64,000 nt of DNA from Camelus ferus (lineage: Eukaryota), in contig NC_045697.1 in assembly GCF_009834535.1 (NCBI RefSeq), positions 27,344,001 through 27,408,000 on the forward strand. Reading direction: 5' to 3'. Made by a program: the position numbers and the translations under genes. How positions within the stretch are numbered: position 1 is the stretch's first letter; each line of letters begins with the position of its first letter. The notes below the pieces were generated by a model that saw nothing but the letters and a program-made list of their open reading frames with translations, was not told where the DNA came from and made no database searches. Below, piece by piece: positions 63,020-64,000 of the stretch.

Positions 63020-63383
63020 AGCTGTGGACTGAATGTTTATGTCTCCCCTAAATTCGTATGTTGAAGCCCTGCTACCCCATGTGTTGTACATGGAGGTGGG
63101 GCCTCCTTGGGGAGGTAACTAGGTTTAGAAGAGGTCTTGAGGGTAGAGCCTCCATGATGGGATAAGCGCCTGCCTGCCTTGTAAGTAACAGGAGGAAGAG
63201 ACCAGAGTTCTGTCTCTGTCATATGAGGATACAGCAGGGAGGAGGCAGGCAGGGAAGAGGGCCTTCCCCACGCACCTGACAGGGCCTGCACCCTGATTTT
63301 GGACCCCCAGCCTCCAGAACTGTGAGAAATGAATGTTGTTAAGCCGCCAGGCGATGTGTGTTGTTGTAGCCCGAGCTAAGACA
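63020..63383 (+). mobile_element. Solo MaLR LTR (MLT1A-like)
   Basis: gctgtggactgaatgttt..ccctaaattcgtatgttgaagccct ... cagcctccagaactgtgagaaat...ctaagaca; 5-bp target duplication gctcc/gctct. Confidence 0.88.
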
Positions 63384-64000
63384 GCTCTGCTCCCCACCGC
63401 TCCTGGCCCCTGTGTGGACGTTGCAAACAGAGCATCAGAGGGTAGAGTCTGAAAGCCAGCCGGCGCTCCGTCATGCAGCCCTTCCCTCTGAGCGGGTCGC
63501 ACTCTGACCTGTAACACCCGGTGCTCTGCTCAGGGGTTTGAGGGTGAGGGTGTTGGCTTCTTCCTGGGCTTCTTTTCAGTCTGCCCAGCAGAACAGAAGC
63601 CTGGAGGGGCCCTGAGACTGAGCACACCTCGCTCATGGGGGTGGGGCTGGACCTGTCCTGCTGGGGGGAGGCGCCTGCCCAGGAGATACTGGAGGCTGCG
63701 AGATAAACAGATGAGCTGCTTTTGTGCAGATGGTTAGAAAAACACGGATTGAGAAATCATGATCTTAGCCTTTAGTAGTGTATTTTTCTGTTTGTGTTGG
63801 GTGACTCATTTGTCTATGTTTCTCACTGTTTATGTTCATATCTGGAAGTTTTCTGGAAGGAAATTTATTATCACTGTAATAATGTGGGTAGTGGATCTGG
63901 GTCACCAGGGAGGGGCACTTTCCGAATGCATTTCATAAGAAATGGTATTAATTTTAGTTCAAACAGTTGGCAGTGACAAAGATAACAAGATTTGGCTAGT

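Larger units (their letters stand above)
1..64000 (+). other. TBC1D1: TBC1D1 gene body (partial: internal exons ~3-14 and introns; both gene ends outside the window)
   Basis: 12 GT-AG exons splice into one open frame with hallmark TBC1D1 peptides (VPEIISSIRQAGKIARQEEL, RPMRKSFSQPGLRSL, RRRANTLSH, RYHSVSTETPHER, TRRHSWRQQIFLRV). No further coding exon recognised in 1-10899 or 41252-64000. Confidence 0.96.

Noticed and set aside
41252..64000. Searched by eye for the next TBC1D1 exon (DYSELGELPPRSP-like), nested genes, snoRNA/miRNA hairpins and retrocopies
   Set aside because: None recognised; consistent with one long intron. An Infernal/Rfam and BLASTX search would be needed to exclude small RNAs or degraded retrocopies.
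1..64000. CRISPR arrays, operons or another novel multi-gene system
   Set aside because: Sequence is a mammalian intron-exon locus; no regularly spaced repeat-spacer array or foreign coding block seen.

Overview
Mammalian genomic DNA, most likely a camelid judging by the tRNA-derived vic-1-like SINEs and an artiodactyl-type Tigger1 deletion derivative. The whole 64 kb lies inside the TBC1D1 gene (+ strand; Rab-GTPase-activating protein of the TBC1D4/AS160 family controlling GLUT4 trafficking). Twelve coding exons can be read directly with GT-AG boundaries and a continuous frame (1969 nt in total). They run from the end of PTB1 through PTB2 and the phospho-regulatory region, and include two phase-symmetric cassette exons (162 and 120 nt) that match the muscle long isoform. 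The start codon and the Rab-GAP domain exons are outside the window. Exon numbers and human/mouse residue numbers are from recollection, not a search. The rest is intron with ordinary mammalian repeats (L1, L2, MIR, hAT/MER, Tigger, MaLR LTR, SINEs, microsatellites). Almost all ORFs in the track are spurious. I see no previously undescribed biological system. The best second-look items are a compact MEF2/E-box/MEF2 candidate muscle enhancer (~1.04-1.20 kb), a coding (CCCGCC)5 Ala-Pro repeat upstream of the AMPK Ser237-equivalent site, a duplicated AMPK-type motif in the two cassette exons, a cryptic in-frame donor in exon 8, an apparent R-to-K change before the Thr505-equivalent site, a CTCF/GC-box element at ~44.2 kb, and a three-level nested retroelement insertion.
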